Assembly: GCF_963506605.1 (NCBI RefSeq)
Contig: NC_083292.1
Location: 34,534,001-34,598,000, forward strand
Reading direction: 5' to 3'
DNA: 64,000 nt
Source of the DNA: Zootoca vivipara
Lineage: Eukaryota
Shown: piece by piece, positions 1 through 12,023 of the stretch
Layout: each line of letters starts with the position of its first letter
Position numbering within the stretch: the first letter of the stretch is position 1
Notes under the pieces: model-generated
What the model was told of the DNA's origin: nothing
The model's database searches: none
What the model saw: the letters and a program-made list of their open reading frames with translations, nothing else
Program-made: the position numbers and the translations under genes

Positions 1-1792
1 GCTTGTAATTATATTGCAGTAGCACCATACTTCGCAGCGAGTCCAAGGATAAGTTGCCTCTCTCTTTGCTCAGAGAGAAAATGCACCCTGCGTTTGCATA
101 ATGTGAGGCAAGGGCAAAGAAACCCTGTGCCATCTTCAAAAGTTCCGAGTGGCACATAATGTTTTTGGAAGTCTCAAAGTACTTGGTCCACTTCTGATGT
201 GCCTGGAGCTTAATGAACTCGTCGTCGCCTTTAAATTGATCCACAAACTTCTCGAGGTTGCAGAATTGATCGAAGCACTTCCCCTCATCTATGGACACCT
301 CCCTGTCCAGGAGAAACTTTATGGAAGGTCCTACCTTGTCCCACTCTAGTGACTCACTAAGGGACATCCACATGAAGCATGAAAACTCCTTCATGGGCTC
401 CATCCGTTTCTCCAGATACTCTATGCAGCTGTCATAGAAGCGGTTGACCTCTGCGCAGAATTTGTCGCACTCCGCGCCGAGACCCTCCTCGCGCTTTTCT
501 TTCAGAAGGCTCTTGACCTTGAGGGACATGAAGCTGTGGCTCCTGCGTTCAGCGAGCATGTTCTGGACACAAAGCAGAACTTGGAGAATCTCCACCACCG
601 AATTGTTTTCCCTTTCGAGTTCTAAAACATACGAGTGAAACATACTCATGAGAGACTGCAAGTGCAATAAATAAGCCTCGCTGAGCTCATGCTCAAAAAA
701 CTCTTGCAACACTGTCGGCGGTTTATTCTGGGAGAGGAAAAATGCCTTGACGGCTGGAAACGCGTGAATGAGTCTGGTGATGCCCGGAAAGGACGACAAC
801 CACCGTGTCTTGCTGCGAGACAGCAACTTGTTGTATTCAGTGTCCACAAATTCACAGTACTCCTTTAACTGCTCCGTTCGGACTCTATAGATATGAAAGT
901 ACTGGTATATCTTGAAAATGACGCTCTCAACGTCGACGTCCAACGTGTCCGCTGCTTGATGGACACAGTTATTCAAAATGTGCGCTGGACATCCCACACC
1001 GATTGAAGTTTTGTTATCCAGCTCACTCTTCAACTTTGCAAACACATTTCTTCCTTCTGAATCCTGCTGTATCCCTCCAAACACTGTGTTGCAGTTGTCA
1101 CCTGTGAATGCTATGCATTTCTTTAACAGTCCTTTACTGTCAAGGGTTTCCTTCACGTACGAAAAGATTGTATCTGCAGTCTCATTGGGTTGGCTTTGCA
1201 TTTCAATTATTTTGGACTGCAAACCACCACTTTTCCAGTCAAAATACTGAATAACTATTGCAACCACCTTGACCGGACCATGGTTACTCGCATCTGTAGA
1301 AACGCCGCAATAACCTATTTCATTTTCTTCAAGGCTTTTCAGAACATTTTCCAAACAATCGGGCGCCAATACAGAATTTACAATTGCCTCTGTCTTGGTT
1401 TTTGCACTTGAAAACTTCCTTGCAATATCGGAATCCGGGAACATCGTCTTCAGGAGGCCTGATGTGCACGTCATCACGTTATAACTGTGGTGGTGTTTGA
1501 CGGTGTGAAAAGCGAAAGTTCCTTCTGCTGCGGTTACTTCATCTTCCCATTTGCTACAGGATTTTACGAAAACGTTTGCTAATTTTGCTGAAGAAGCTTC
1601 TCCTCGACTTGCTATTTTGTGTTTCTCAGAGTCCATGTGCGATTGCAGGTCACGCCCTCCTTTATGTGCCACAGAGACAAACGTACCCGGTCTACATACC
1701 AGGCATTCACCTTCAAAGTCATCTCTACCTCTTCTGAAACAGGTATACTTCCTCTGTAGCTGGACAGAAAATCTACATTTTCTTTTCGGCAT
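1..1792 (-). CDS. hAT-transposase-derived protein (>=597 aa, 3' end beyond window start); candidate domesticated gene
   Basis: Manual translation of the - strand from ATG at 1792 (gccaaaATG; in-frame TAA 13 codons upstream) is open to position 1. It begins MPKRKCRF... and contains a C30-x2-C33...H52-x5-H58 zinc finger, STD167ASN, FTGD232NCN, GVGC268PAH271ILNN and SKTRW331LS, with C-terminal dimerisation-like LLKMAQGFFALASHYANAGCIFSL. Candidate splice acceptor ttttctgtcttgtattcttttgtag at 1916-1940. Confidence 0.85.
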   Translation of the reverse strand, partial: MPKRKCRFSVQLQRKYTCFRRGRDDFEGECLVCRPGTFVSVAHKGGRDLQSHMDSEKHKIASRGEASSAKLANVFVKSCSKWEDEVTAAEGTFAFHTVKHHHSYNVMTCTSGLLKTMFPDSDIARKFSSAKTKTEAIVNSVLAPDCLENVLKSLEENEIGYCGVSTDASNHGPVKVVAIVIQYFDWKSGGLQSKIIEMQSQPNETADTIFSYVKETLDSKGLLKKCIAFTGDNCNTVFGGIQQDSEGRNVFAKLKSELDNKTSIGVGCPAHILNNCVHQAADTLDVDVESVIFKIYQYFHIYRVRTEQLKEYCEFVDTEYNKLLSRSKTRWLSSFPGITRLIHAFPAVKAFFLSQNKPPTVLQEFFEHELSEAYLLHLQSLMSMFHSYVLELERENNSVVEILQVLLCVQNMLAERRSHSFMSLKVKSLLKEKREEGLGAECDKFCAEVNRFYDSCIEYLEKRMEPMKEFSCFMWMSLSESLEWDKVGPSIKFLLDREVSIDEGKCFDQFCNLEKFVDQFKGDDEFIKLQAHQKWTKYFETSKNIMCHSELLKMAQGFFALASHYANAGCIFSLSKERGNLSLDSLRSMVLLQYNYK

Positions 1793-2783
1793 TTTGGCAC
1801 GTAGAAGCACAGCACGTAGAAAAAACCGTTAAGAAAGGTGGCAAAAGACTAAACGGAACTTGGAACTGGAAGTTAACACCATACAGCACTGCCTCCTATA
1901 GCAGAGCAAAGAGCCCTACAAAAGAATACAAGACAGAAAATTACTTACTGAACAATTCATGTATTCTTCAGGAAAAAGACTAGAACCCTCTATTGGGTAC
2001 CTTCATAAAGAATTCAGATGTCTATAAAAACCTATAAAACAGCAATAGAAAGGCACATACAATCAAACAAAAGAGAGATCCAGAGGGTTCACACATGTAA
2101 AACAGGGTCCAATCTTATGGGTCTGGGAAAGCCTGGCCAAAAAGAAAAGCTTTCACAAGACATGCGAACCAAATGATGGCTGTGAACCAAATGAATGGTG
2201 ACAACAGCATAAAAAACACGCCCTGTCACAACAATGATAAAGGGCTCCATTCAGCTAAAGGGCATGCACCACAGCTTTCCTGTGGAACACCCTCCCACCA
2301 GATGTCAAAGAGGAAAACAACTACCAGACTTTTAGAAGACATCTGAAGGCAGCCCTGTTCAGGGAGGCTTTTAATGTTTAATAGATTACTGTACACAACT
2401 TCAGGTGCAATGTTATGGACCTAACTTGCCTTGCTACACACTTATCTTGGTCAACAATGAGGCAACGCATCATCAGAATATAAGGCCGTCTGCCACTGGG
2501 TGGCAAAACATAGGCATGCATCCCCCAACTCCTCCCCAACTACTGATGAACCCCCTTAAAAGTTATAGCTGTCCTCTGTGCAATGCCACACATAGGGGCA
2601 AGCCCCATTCTACTGCCAACCCCTCTCTTGCTATCAATGCATGCCCACCCACCCCCCAAGAGCAAGCTTTTGAACACCACCCGTCTTGGCCATGCTGTTC
2701 TTAGCACCCTAGCCATCACCCTCCCAGTTCCCAAGTGGAGAGGTGCTGGCGGAGGGGAGGGCAAAGAAACCCACCTCCCTCTC

Positions 2784-3030
2784 TACAGTTGCCACCTGTC
2801 CTGTGTAATACAGGATTGTCCCGTATTTCAATGTAAAACGCTGTGTCCTGTATGGATAATTTTGTCCTGCATTTCAGCTTTCCTCTCTCTGCCAAGTTAG
2901 GGATCCCCTCCAAATGCACGTGTCAGCACCATCACGTCAGCACCAGGTTTTTTTTGGGGGGGGGAAGAGATCTTCCCCCCCCCCACTGCACCTCCCTGTC
3001 CTGTATTTTTCCAGAACAGTGGCAACCCTA
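2784..3030. mobile_element. short hAT (Blackjack-like) non-autonomous element
   Basis: Imperfect TIRs tacagttgccac / gtggcaacccta with subterminal tgtcctgta repeats; only an approximate TSD. Confidence 0.5.
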
Positions 3031-3199
3031 CCCTCCTCCTTCTCGGGACCCCACCACCGCCCTCCACCTCTTCATCGCCCCCGCCACGCATGATTTTAGC
3101 CAGGATTTGGGGGGGGGAGAGAACCTCAGTCTGCTATGTATTTTTATTGATCTTTATTGATTTGGGGGGAGGGGCAGCTGCCTCCTCCCAGTCCCGGCT

Positions 3200-3500
3200 C
3201 CCCAGCAAACCCGGGGCTCCAGTCCGCCCTTCTTCACAACCAGCCCCCCCCCCAGGCCCTACGCAGACCCACCGACCTGCCCACCTCCGCCACCCGCCAT
3301 TAGAGGCGCCATTGTCACCCCTCTGCTGCCGCCTCCGCCGCCACGTGCAACATCCCCGCGCGCTCGCAGCGCCGCCTCTCGGATACGTCATTTCAGCGCG
3401 ACTCCAGACGCGCAGCGTCCGCCTCGACGTCGGAAGAGGGGAAGGGAACGCGGCGAGAAATAAATCGCGGACGGAGTGAGAAAAGTCCCCGGCGGAAGAA
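3200..3500 (-). promoter_or_regulatory. CpG island; probable promoter/non-coding first exon of the transposase-derived gene
   Basis: GC/CpG-rich, with CRE-like TACGTCA and CGACGTCG, E-box CACGTG and ETS-like CGGAAG. Several candidate minus-strand donors (GTGGGT, GTCGGT) near 3265-3285. Confidence 0.5.
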
Positions 3501-4379
3501 TGGCCATTGCTGCAACAGCAGCACAGCTTGCAGAACGTGATGGGCCCAATGGAAACAACGCCTAACCATGGTTTGTTTCCCTTACCTCTATATGCAATCC
3601 CCTTTAGCGGTGTCTAAAAGGGTGGATTTACAACCCCCAGCTTCTAGGCTTCACAAGTACTGGATGTGAAATAAAATATTTCTGGGCCCAAAATAGGGGT
3701 CTCAGCCTCGAATGGAGGACTGGACCCACGCAAAGAGCACGTTTGAGAGGCTCTAAGCCGGTCGGGAAAGACAGAGACCACAGCAGGACTTACAGAAAGC
3801 AAGGCGGCTACGGAAGCCTGATCTCTATTCTTTGAAGTATAAAGACTGTTGGTAACAGGGTTCCCCCTCACGCAACAAAATGACGAAGAGAGAACCCCGA
3901 ACCTGAAGCGTCTGTAACCTGAAGCGCCTGCGGTACCCCGAGGTACCACTGTATTGTCCAATCTTTACTCGCTTTCTGGTTTGAGTTTCCTCTTATTCTC
4001 CCATTAATTTTCGCAAGTTCTAAATATTCTATCCTCTTCCCTTGCCAGTCAATTTTTGTGGAGATTGAGTCACCTTTCCAGTTTTTTTGCTATTAAAATT
4101 CTAGCTGCTGTGGTTGCGTAAACTGCTAAAGTTTTTAAGCTCGCTAGGCGCAAGGCTAGAGGACCTGATTTTTTGAAACCACCGCAGCAAAAGAAAGTGT
4201 CTCGTCCTCGTCACACTAATCATTTCACTTCCCAACCGTTTCTTGCAAACTCCCAATAGCCACTCTTTGCCCCGCACATGGCGGCTCCTCCCAGCTGCGT
4301 CAGAGGACCAGAAATCACCTTGGATGCATCATAGAGACTGTGGGCTGAAACCCCCTTTGAGGCAGAACTGAACTCCTCC

Positions 4380-4700
4380 ACTCCACCGAGTCGGCCCGCG
4401 CGTGCGCAGTGCGTGCGCAAGGGAAAAAAAACCCCAACAACCTTCTTCCCGGAATGCCCCACGTGAGCGTTATGAGTGAGGTGGAAATAGATGCGAGGAA
4501 GCCCCGCCTCATAACAATGATGGGGCCAAGATGGCGCCTGGCGATAGCTGCGCTTGTGGGCTTCGTCGTTCCTGTCCCTGGGTAAGTTATGAGGGGCTCA
4601 CGGTGGGTGGAGGACCTCGGGCATTTTGGGAAAGGGGAAAGTGGGGGCTTCCAAGTGAATGATGGTCGCCTGAGCGCCGCAAGGGTGAGTCCACACTGTG
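4380..4700 (+). promoter_or_regulatory. JTB CpG-island promoter
   Basis: NRF1-like GCGCGTGCGCA/GTGCGTGCGCA (~4397-4419), ETS-like CCGGAA, YY1 motif CAAGATGGCG (4527-4536). Confidence 0.6.
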
Positions 4701-7700
4701 CCTTTAAAGCGCTTTTATACCCCTTGGAACAGTCATGGCTTCCTCGCAAAGAAGTCTGGGAGATGTGGTTTGTTTGTTAAGGGTGCTGAGAGTCGTTAGG
4801 TTACTCGCCTATCCCCCACCCCCACCCCAAGCTGCAATTCTCGGAGTGGTTTAACAAGCACTCTCTCTTCTTTGGGAGCTCTGGAAAATGCATAGCTGTC
4901 AAGTTTTCCCTTTTCTCGTGTGGAAGCCTATTCAGCATAAGGGAATTTCTCTTTAAAAAAGGGAGAACCTGACAGCTATGAAAATGTAATTCTGGGAGAG
5001 GAATTTGATAAACAAATAATAATAGGTTAATCTCGGGAAATTAGAATATCGTCAAAAAGTGCATTGATTTACAAATGCTTTCTTTTGGAGATTCCACAGT
5101 AATAAAGCAAATAGTTACAATAATACAAAAACAAAAATAAACATCGCTATTGCATTTCATTAATTACATTCCATTTATAATTGACCCGCCTAATGACAAA
5201 TAATTACAATTACAACAAATAAAGGCTTTACATATCTTGCTTTGCATGTCATGCATCTATCTCATATATTGGTTTCACCTTTTAAGTTGCATTACTGAAA
5301 TAAATGCACTTTTCGGCGATATTCTAATTTTCCGAGTTTCACCTGTAGAGTTGGAAGGGTCCCTGAGGGTCATCTAGTCCAATCCCTGGCAATGCAGGAA
5401 TCTTTTGCCCAATGTGGGACTCGAACCCATGACCTTAAGATTAAGAGTCCTATGCTCTGCTGCAAGTCATGTCTAAGAAACAAAACATGAGAGGAAAATG
5501 ACTCCCATCTGCTCCTGACAAGAGAGATTTTATCTTAGGTACATCACTGAAGGCAGCAACCAATGCTGAAGATTTGTCTAAATATATTTGCCTGGGACCA
5601 TGTTCACATCCTACATTGAAAACATTGGAATATCACTTTAAAAAGTCATGCCTCCCCCCCTCACTTCCCCCCTCTAAGCTATAAAGCAGGCATCCCCAAA
5701 CTGTTGGCCCTCCAGATTTTTGGCCTACAACTCCCATGATCCCTCACTAACAGGACCAGTGGTCGGGGAAGATGGGAATTGTAGTCCAAAACATCTGGAG
5801 GGCCGAAGTTTGGGGATGCCTGCTATAAAGTCTCAAGCCTTGTGCTTCTGTGGAAGCTGTTTGATTCTTCTTCACCAAGATTTGTTCTTCTTTGTGTCTT
5901 GCAACGTGATCTTTAATTAATTTTTCCACCAATTTAACTGGAGCCTAAAAGGTAAAGGTAAAGGGACCCCTGACCATTAGGTCCAGTCGTGACCGACTCT
6001 GGGGTTGCGCGCTCATCTCGCATTATTGGCCGAAGGAGCCGGTGTATAGCTTCCAGGTCATGTGGCCAGCATGACAAAGCTGCTTCTGGCAAACCAGAGC
6101 AGCACATGGAAACGCCGTTTACCTTCCCGCTGTAGCGGTTCCTATTTATCTACTTGCATTTTGACGTGCTTTCGAACTGCTAGGTTGGCAGGAGCTGGGA
6201 CCGAGCAACGGGAGCTCACCCCGTCACAGGAATTCGAACCGCCGACCTTCTGATCAGCAAGCCCTAGGCTCAGTGATTTAACCACAGCGCCACCTGGGTC
6301 CCAACTGGAGCCTACACTTAAGTTAATCAGATGATGGGGACAAACTTGTGGGAGAGCTGTGGCTTTTATGCCCTACCTGTGGACTTCCTGGGAGGAACAG
6401 ATTGGTCACTGTGAGAAATGGCACTAGATGGGCTTTTGGTTTTATTCACCAGGACTACCCACAATTGTCTTTAAGGTGACAAATTAGCCTGTTGCCCCCA
6501 TTGTCTCTCATTTTAATCATTTTAATCTCTCTGCAATGTTCTCTCTCTCTTTTTCTGTCCTGTTTCCAGGTTGGCTGAAGTGGCTTTGGAAAGTGATGGG
6601 AAAAACCCAGGTGAGAGAGGACAATTGTATCTGTTTTGGCTATGTGAGTTTGTGTTGTATAGTTTGATTTCTAGCTTTTTTTTGTCTGGAAGAACCGAGA
6701 TGGAGTGGAGGGCAGAGAGGTACTGTATGAGAAAATGGTGCTGCAAAAGATTTGAATGCATGTCATTTCCCTGGCTGCGTGGCCCTTAATTTTCTCAAAA
6801 CACCCTTGAGTATGATGCTCAACAGAATGTAAGGAGAGAGCCCTATGGCTGGATCAGGCCAGTGATCCATCTAGTCCATCATCCTGTTCTCACAGTAGCT
6901 AACCAGATGTCTGGGAAGCCTGACCAGTAGTTCTCTGCCTACATTAAAAATCCTTAGCATCTAGTACTCCAAAGTATTGCTGCCTCTGATAGTGAATACA
7001 GAACGTTGCCATTGTGGCTGGTAGCCGTTGATAGCCTTATCCGTCGTGAATGTGTGTACCTCTTTTGAGACCATCTAAATTGATGGCTATCTGCTTCGTG
7101 CGGGAACGAGTTCCGCAGGTTGCCAGTAACTCTGCACTGTGGATCGGCCCTGAATCTTCCAATGTTCAGCTTTATTGGATGTCTACGAGTTCTAATGTTA
7201 TGATAGGGGGAGAAAACTAAGAGCAGTTCTGCCGGGTCAGGCCAATGGCATATCTAGCCAGTAAAACCACTGATAACATTTTCCTTCATGGATTTGTCTA
7301 ATCCCCTTTTAAAGCCATCCAGGTTAGTTCCCGTTGCTGCCTCTTGCGGGGGGTGAGTTCCGTAGCTTAACTCTGCGCTGCATAAAGAGCTGTGTGTGTT
7401 TGTTTTGTTGAAGCTGACTCCTGATCTCCTCTTTGGCTTCCTGCAGCCAGTTTGCCTGGGGTCACGCCGTGTTGGCAAAGCGAGGATTTCGTGGTGACCC
7501 AGCAGTGCGCTCCCTGCCAGAGTTTTCAGGCGGTAAGTGAACCTCCCGACAGGAACAAAACGTTGGGCAAGGGTAAAAATGAAACGCCTTAACCGCTGCT
7601 AAAATATGTGCAAGAGAGACTGATGTTCCCACTTTCAAACATATCTTATCCACCGTGGTGTTTAATGCCACAAAATAAGATAACGGACTCAGAAGCTTTA

Positions 7701-9757
7701 GTACAATAATAACACAGAAGGTAGAATTATGTCCTATGCTGAGTCAAGGCCAGTACTGAGCTCAGTATGGTTTACACTGACAGGCCACGGTTCTCCAGGG
7801 TATCAGATGGAGAATCTTTGCTAGCCCTACAGGCAGATCTCAGGGGCTGAGCCTGGGACCTTACGCATACAAACCAGATGCTCTTATCATTGATCTACAG
7901 TGGTACCTCTACTTACGAATAACTCTATTTACGAATGTTTCTACTTACGAATGGAGCTCCGTCCGCCATCTTCGATGCGGTTTAGATACGACTTTTTCTA
8001 CTTACGAATTTTTAGATAGGGTTGCTTCGACTTACGATTTTTTTCTCCCAATGCATTCCTATGGGATTCGCCTTACAATTTTTTCCGACTTACGAATGTG
8101 CGTTCGGAACGCATTAAATTCGTAAGTAGAGGTACCACTGTATATTCCTTCCTTTAAAAATATAGATGCTAGTCCTCAAGGTTCTGAATAAAAGGCTAAC
8201 TTAAATAGGAAGCTACCTTAACACTGATTCAGACCAGTGTCCATCAAGCTCATTATTGTCTTCAAACTGACTGGCAGGAGCAATCCAGGGATTCAGGGCT
8301 CTCTTTCAGTCCCAGAGATGCCATTGGGGGTTGAACCCGGGTCCTTTGTGTGATGCAAAGCCAATGTTCTACTATAGCAGAATGGGGAAGGGGTGGGTTC
8401 CCCATGTCCGTTTCAGAAGTGAGCATCTCCTGGGTTGATGATTGCAACAGCTTTTCCGAAGGACTGAATCGCAAGCGCTTGGCAGCAGTGTTATTTAATG
8501 AAACGTGTGCTCTCGGTTGTAGAAAACGATGCCAGAATGCAGCGTGACGGGCTTCGTTGAGCAGATCAACTGCAGCGCTTCCAAGAAGGGCGAATACAAG
8601 AGGTGAGCTCACTGTGAGGATAAGAGCAGTGGGCCTTGCCACCCCAGGGTGCTGCTTCTGACAGTGGCCAGCGGCAGATCCTGCTGGAGCAAGGGGTGCT
8701 GACTAATGTCACAGATCAGTTACACAGGATGGCGGTGAAGGCGAGCCTCTGGCAGTGAGAGACGGCCCTCCAAACCTCTCTTATGCTGCCCTTAAGGCTC
8801 TCTGCAGGCCACACACCTCACCAGCCCTGATTCATAGCCTCCTTGGCTGTGCCTGGCTGGGATGTGTCCCTGAAGTCTCTGGTCATGACTCTTGCCTGAA
8901 ATCCCACTGCCCTGCAACCCCATACCGTAACTGATCTGTCATGGATGCTTTAGCTGAGATTCCCGCATTGCAGGGGGTTGGACTCAATGGCCCTCGGGGA
9001 CCCCTTCCAAATCTACGATTCTATAATTTGCTGCTAACCATTTCTTACTGAAGCAGGAAAGGGCCCTGTAAGCCTCTGGGTTAAAGAGGGGGAATCATGG
9101 CAGTCTGAAAGCTGAGAAGCAAGAATGTTTTTCTTCTTCTCTTCCTTTTTGAATACAGTACCCCTGCCCTGTAACAGCCAACCATCTCTCCCGTTTGTCA
9201 GGAATACTCCCTTCCATTCCTACCCTCCCGCTGGTTTTCTGTTCCTCCTGACAGACAGCATTCCATGGCCACTGAACAGGCTTGTTTTGCAGGGGGAACT
9301 AATCCCTGAAGATCCCACCCAATATCTGTTCTTCTGCAAACGTTCAGAGTTTCTATGAGCTTTCTTTCATCTCGTTTCTCAGTCCCCCTGCCCCTCTTCA
9401 GTTTGCCACTAGAGGGAGCAACCAACCCGTTTTAGCTCGCCTCCCTGTTGCGTTCTGTGCTTTGGCAGGCAGGTGAAGGGCCTAACCAAGACCCCTTTCC
9501 AGCCATCCCTGTTTCCCTTACACACCGCTCCCTTCTGCATGCTCCCTCCTTGGTGTGTCCATCAGCAGAGGGTTGCGCTCACCTTGCCTTCTCCTTGCAG
9601 CTGCCGTTCCATGGAGATGGAAGCTCGCATCTTCTGGAAGTTCGAGGGCGCCATGCTTGGCGTGGCGGCCGTCTTCGCCCTGCTGGTGGTGTGTCGGCAG
9701 CGCATGCTCGACCGCAGAGCCTTGGAGAAAGTGCGCAAGCAGATAGAATCCATCTAG
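4517..9757 (+). CDS. JTB: Protein JTB (jumping translocation breakpoint); exons 4517-4581, 6570-6610, 7447-7532, 8523-8602, 9601-9757
   Basis: All introns are GT-AG with consistent phases (429 nt, 142 aa). Signal-peptide-like N-terminus, PCWQSEDFVVTQQCAPC, KTMPECSVTGFVEQINC, a TM segment and the C-terminus RQRMLDRRALEKVRKQIESI typical of JTB. In-frame upstream ATGs at 4454 and 4472 are alternative starts. Confidence 0.93.
4891..4980. mobile_element. 90-bp hAT MITE (copy 1 of 3)
   Basis: TIR catagctgtca.../...tgacagctatg; near-identical to 25392-25481 and 42265-42354. Confidence 0.8.
5030..5346. mobile_element. Tc1/mariner-type MITE
   Basis: Long TIR (ctcggaaaattagaatatcgtc...gatattctaattttccgagtttcacctg|ta); same family as 34592-34946 and ~49704-50000. 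Confidence 0.75.
5687..5822. mobile_element. URR1-like hAT MITE
   Basis: Palindromic cagggcatccccaaact...agtttggggatgcctg with a perfect 8-bp TSD ctataaag. Confidence 0.85.
5948..6302 (-). mobile_element. Sauria SINE
   Basis: tRNA-like head, acgactggacctaatggtcaggggtccc and an (acctt)n-like tail; 12-bp TSD aactggagccta (5936-5947, 6303-6314). Confidence 0.88.
7898..8140. mobile_element. Tc1/mariner (Tigger/pogo-like) MITE
   Basis: TIR cagtggtacctctacttacgaat / attcgtaagtagaggtaccactg, TA TSD, internal acttacga repeats. Confidence 0.85.
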
Positions 9758-12023
9758 TCGCGCCGGGGTCTCTCGCCGCACTTTTCGGAACAGAACCTAG
9801 CGACAGCGGTTGCGGGGCAGCGGCGGGAGTGAATCTTCCATTGGACTGTTTGGAGGAGGGAACGAGCACCCTGTGCTCATTGGAAAGCATTTCCCCCCCC
9901 CTTCACTTCTGGCCACTAGGGAATGCTGCTTCCCACACCTGGGACCTAAAGGCACTTGGACTGAAACTGTTGCATTGAAATGCTGGCAACTTGCATCGTT
10001 TTTTGAACATCCTGGGCACTTGTACGAAGAACCGTCTTGCACCCCACATTGTCTGTGGTGCATCCTGACTTGGTTTCCTGCATGGTCTCGATCTGTTGCA
10101 AACTCTTCTGCCTCTCTAGCCTGTGTTGGATTCAAAGGAGCAAGCCCAGCATCTCCCTGGTCATACCACTGTTTTATTAAAGACCAGAAAACCCCGGTGA
10201 GCATCTCTAAATCTTGTAAGGAAAGTGACTGATCTCTGCCCTTATTCATGCAACGCCCTTTCTTTTTGGGGGTGCGGAAAATGTAGCTCTATTTTGGCTT
10301 TTTTAAAAAGCCGCCCTGCGTATAGTCTGGGTGTGTGTGTGCGCGCTGTCAGAACTTTACTGTGGCTTATTTTAAACAGCCGTCCCTACTGGATTCCTCT
10401 GTAAGAAACCTCAATGTGATTAAAAGCACGATGAAGCTTTCCAAACGCACATGCTCTGCTTTGTATCCGGTGCTGGCAAATAGATTTTTCTTTCTTTCGT
10501 GCTGGCAGATTTGTGTGGCCCAGCAGAAGCCAAATGGGACAGAGCTGGATCTGTTAAGCTTGGTGGAACTGAAGCCAGAGCAGGCAGAATGATGCATTTG
10601 GGGAAAAAAACTGGGGAGCAGAGATGGTAAGGGGAGGAATGGGGCAGCTTGGTGAAACCTCTATGCCTTGAATGGCTACAACTTTTGCATTTTGTCAGCT
10701 TGGCCTGCATACACACCACAAATTTAATGCACAGGGCTCCCCCAAAGCATCCTGGGAGATGTAGTTTACCCACCACAGTTACCCTTAAAAAACTACAGTT
10801 CCCAGGATTCTTTTTTGGGGGTGGGGGTGGGTCATTGAAAGTGTTGTGTGCACAGAGCCCTGGGCTTGAGAGGGCAGGGAATTTAGGCATTCCATTGTCT
10901 TGGAGTGGGGCAGTTTGTGAGTGGGCAAGACTGACAAAAAGCCCAGTGCCTCAAGCCCACCTCTTTCTGATTTTTGTGTGTGGAACACCCATGAAATCAA
11001 AAGCAATGTGTGAAAATTTGCAGGCTGCACACTCGTTTTTGAGTGCAGAAGCTCTCGGGCTCAACGTCTGGCATCGCTAGGTAGGGCTGAGAGAGACCTG
11101 GAGGGTCTTTACTGAGCTAGATGGAGCAATCTTCTGACTCGAAATAAGGTGGCTTTCTATGTTCTTCTGTGTTAAGAGATGTGCTGGGATTTCCCGGCAC
11201 AAGAGCCCCAAATATTTGAAACCCAAAGAAGGGTGGGAGTAGCTAGAAGCAAACTCCCAAGGGTTGTTTGCATTGTTAGGTTACTGATCCCCACTGGATG
11301 AAACCAAAGGCCTCTGTGTCACGCATAGCATCCTATTGCTTCCACTGACCAGCCAGAAGGTACCAAATACCCAATACACAGGGCAGGAATTCAGTAGCCC
11401 TCTTCTGGGAAAGCGCATGGGCACTGAGGGGATGTGAGCCTACATGATTAGGGTGGCTGGGCGGTTTGCAAGCAGCTGCAAGCCTGGCCAGGGCATCTCA
11501 ACACCAACCTGACAGTCTAGCATTTCATAAAATCATGAAATGATTGTGAAGCACCTCTTGTTTTTTGCTGCTGCTAGTGATGTGCCGTGCATTCCTTGTG
11601 CTAATGTTCATCGTGTTAATTGTAGCTGGAGAAATGTACCTCTGCCGTCTAGGATCTCAGCGCCAGGCAGGCTCCCTTGCTATTGGGATACATCTGAATC
11701 TTTTGGGTTTTAAATATATGCTTTCCCTTTTCCAGGCCTTCCAGCCATTCAGGCTGTGTCACCCACCTGCTTTAACCCGAATTATTGCCCCCCTCCCTTT
11801 AGCACCCACCCATAGATTTCCAGGAAAAAAACCCCACTTTGCACATGCTCAGAAGCTCCCTTTTATTTCTTCCCCAACCCGGCTCCAGGGTTCCGTTGAA
11901 GCTTGCCCACTTCCCCGGATCATAACCTGCTCCCTCATGGAGCTGGTGCGTTGCAATGAGGCAGGAAGCAGGAAGTTGCTGACACAGGTGGGGAGGGGAA
12001 ATGTGGCGCGCAATCCCATAATT

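Noticed and set aside
2784-3030. gtggcaacccta at 3019-3030 as the 5' TIR of an autonomous element containing the transposase ORF
   Set aside because: It pairs with a partner terminus only ~250 bp away, forming a self-contained MITE. This cannot be fully excluded without sequence left of the window.
4531-6578. Strong-context ATG at 4531 as the JTB start
   Set aside because: It is out of frame and stops after 19 codons in exon 2; better explained as part of a YY1 motif.
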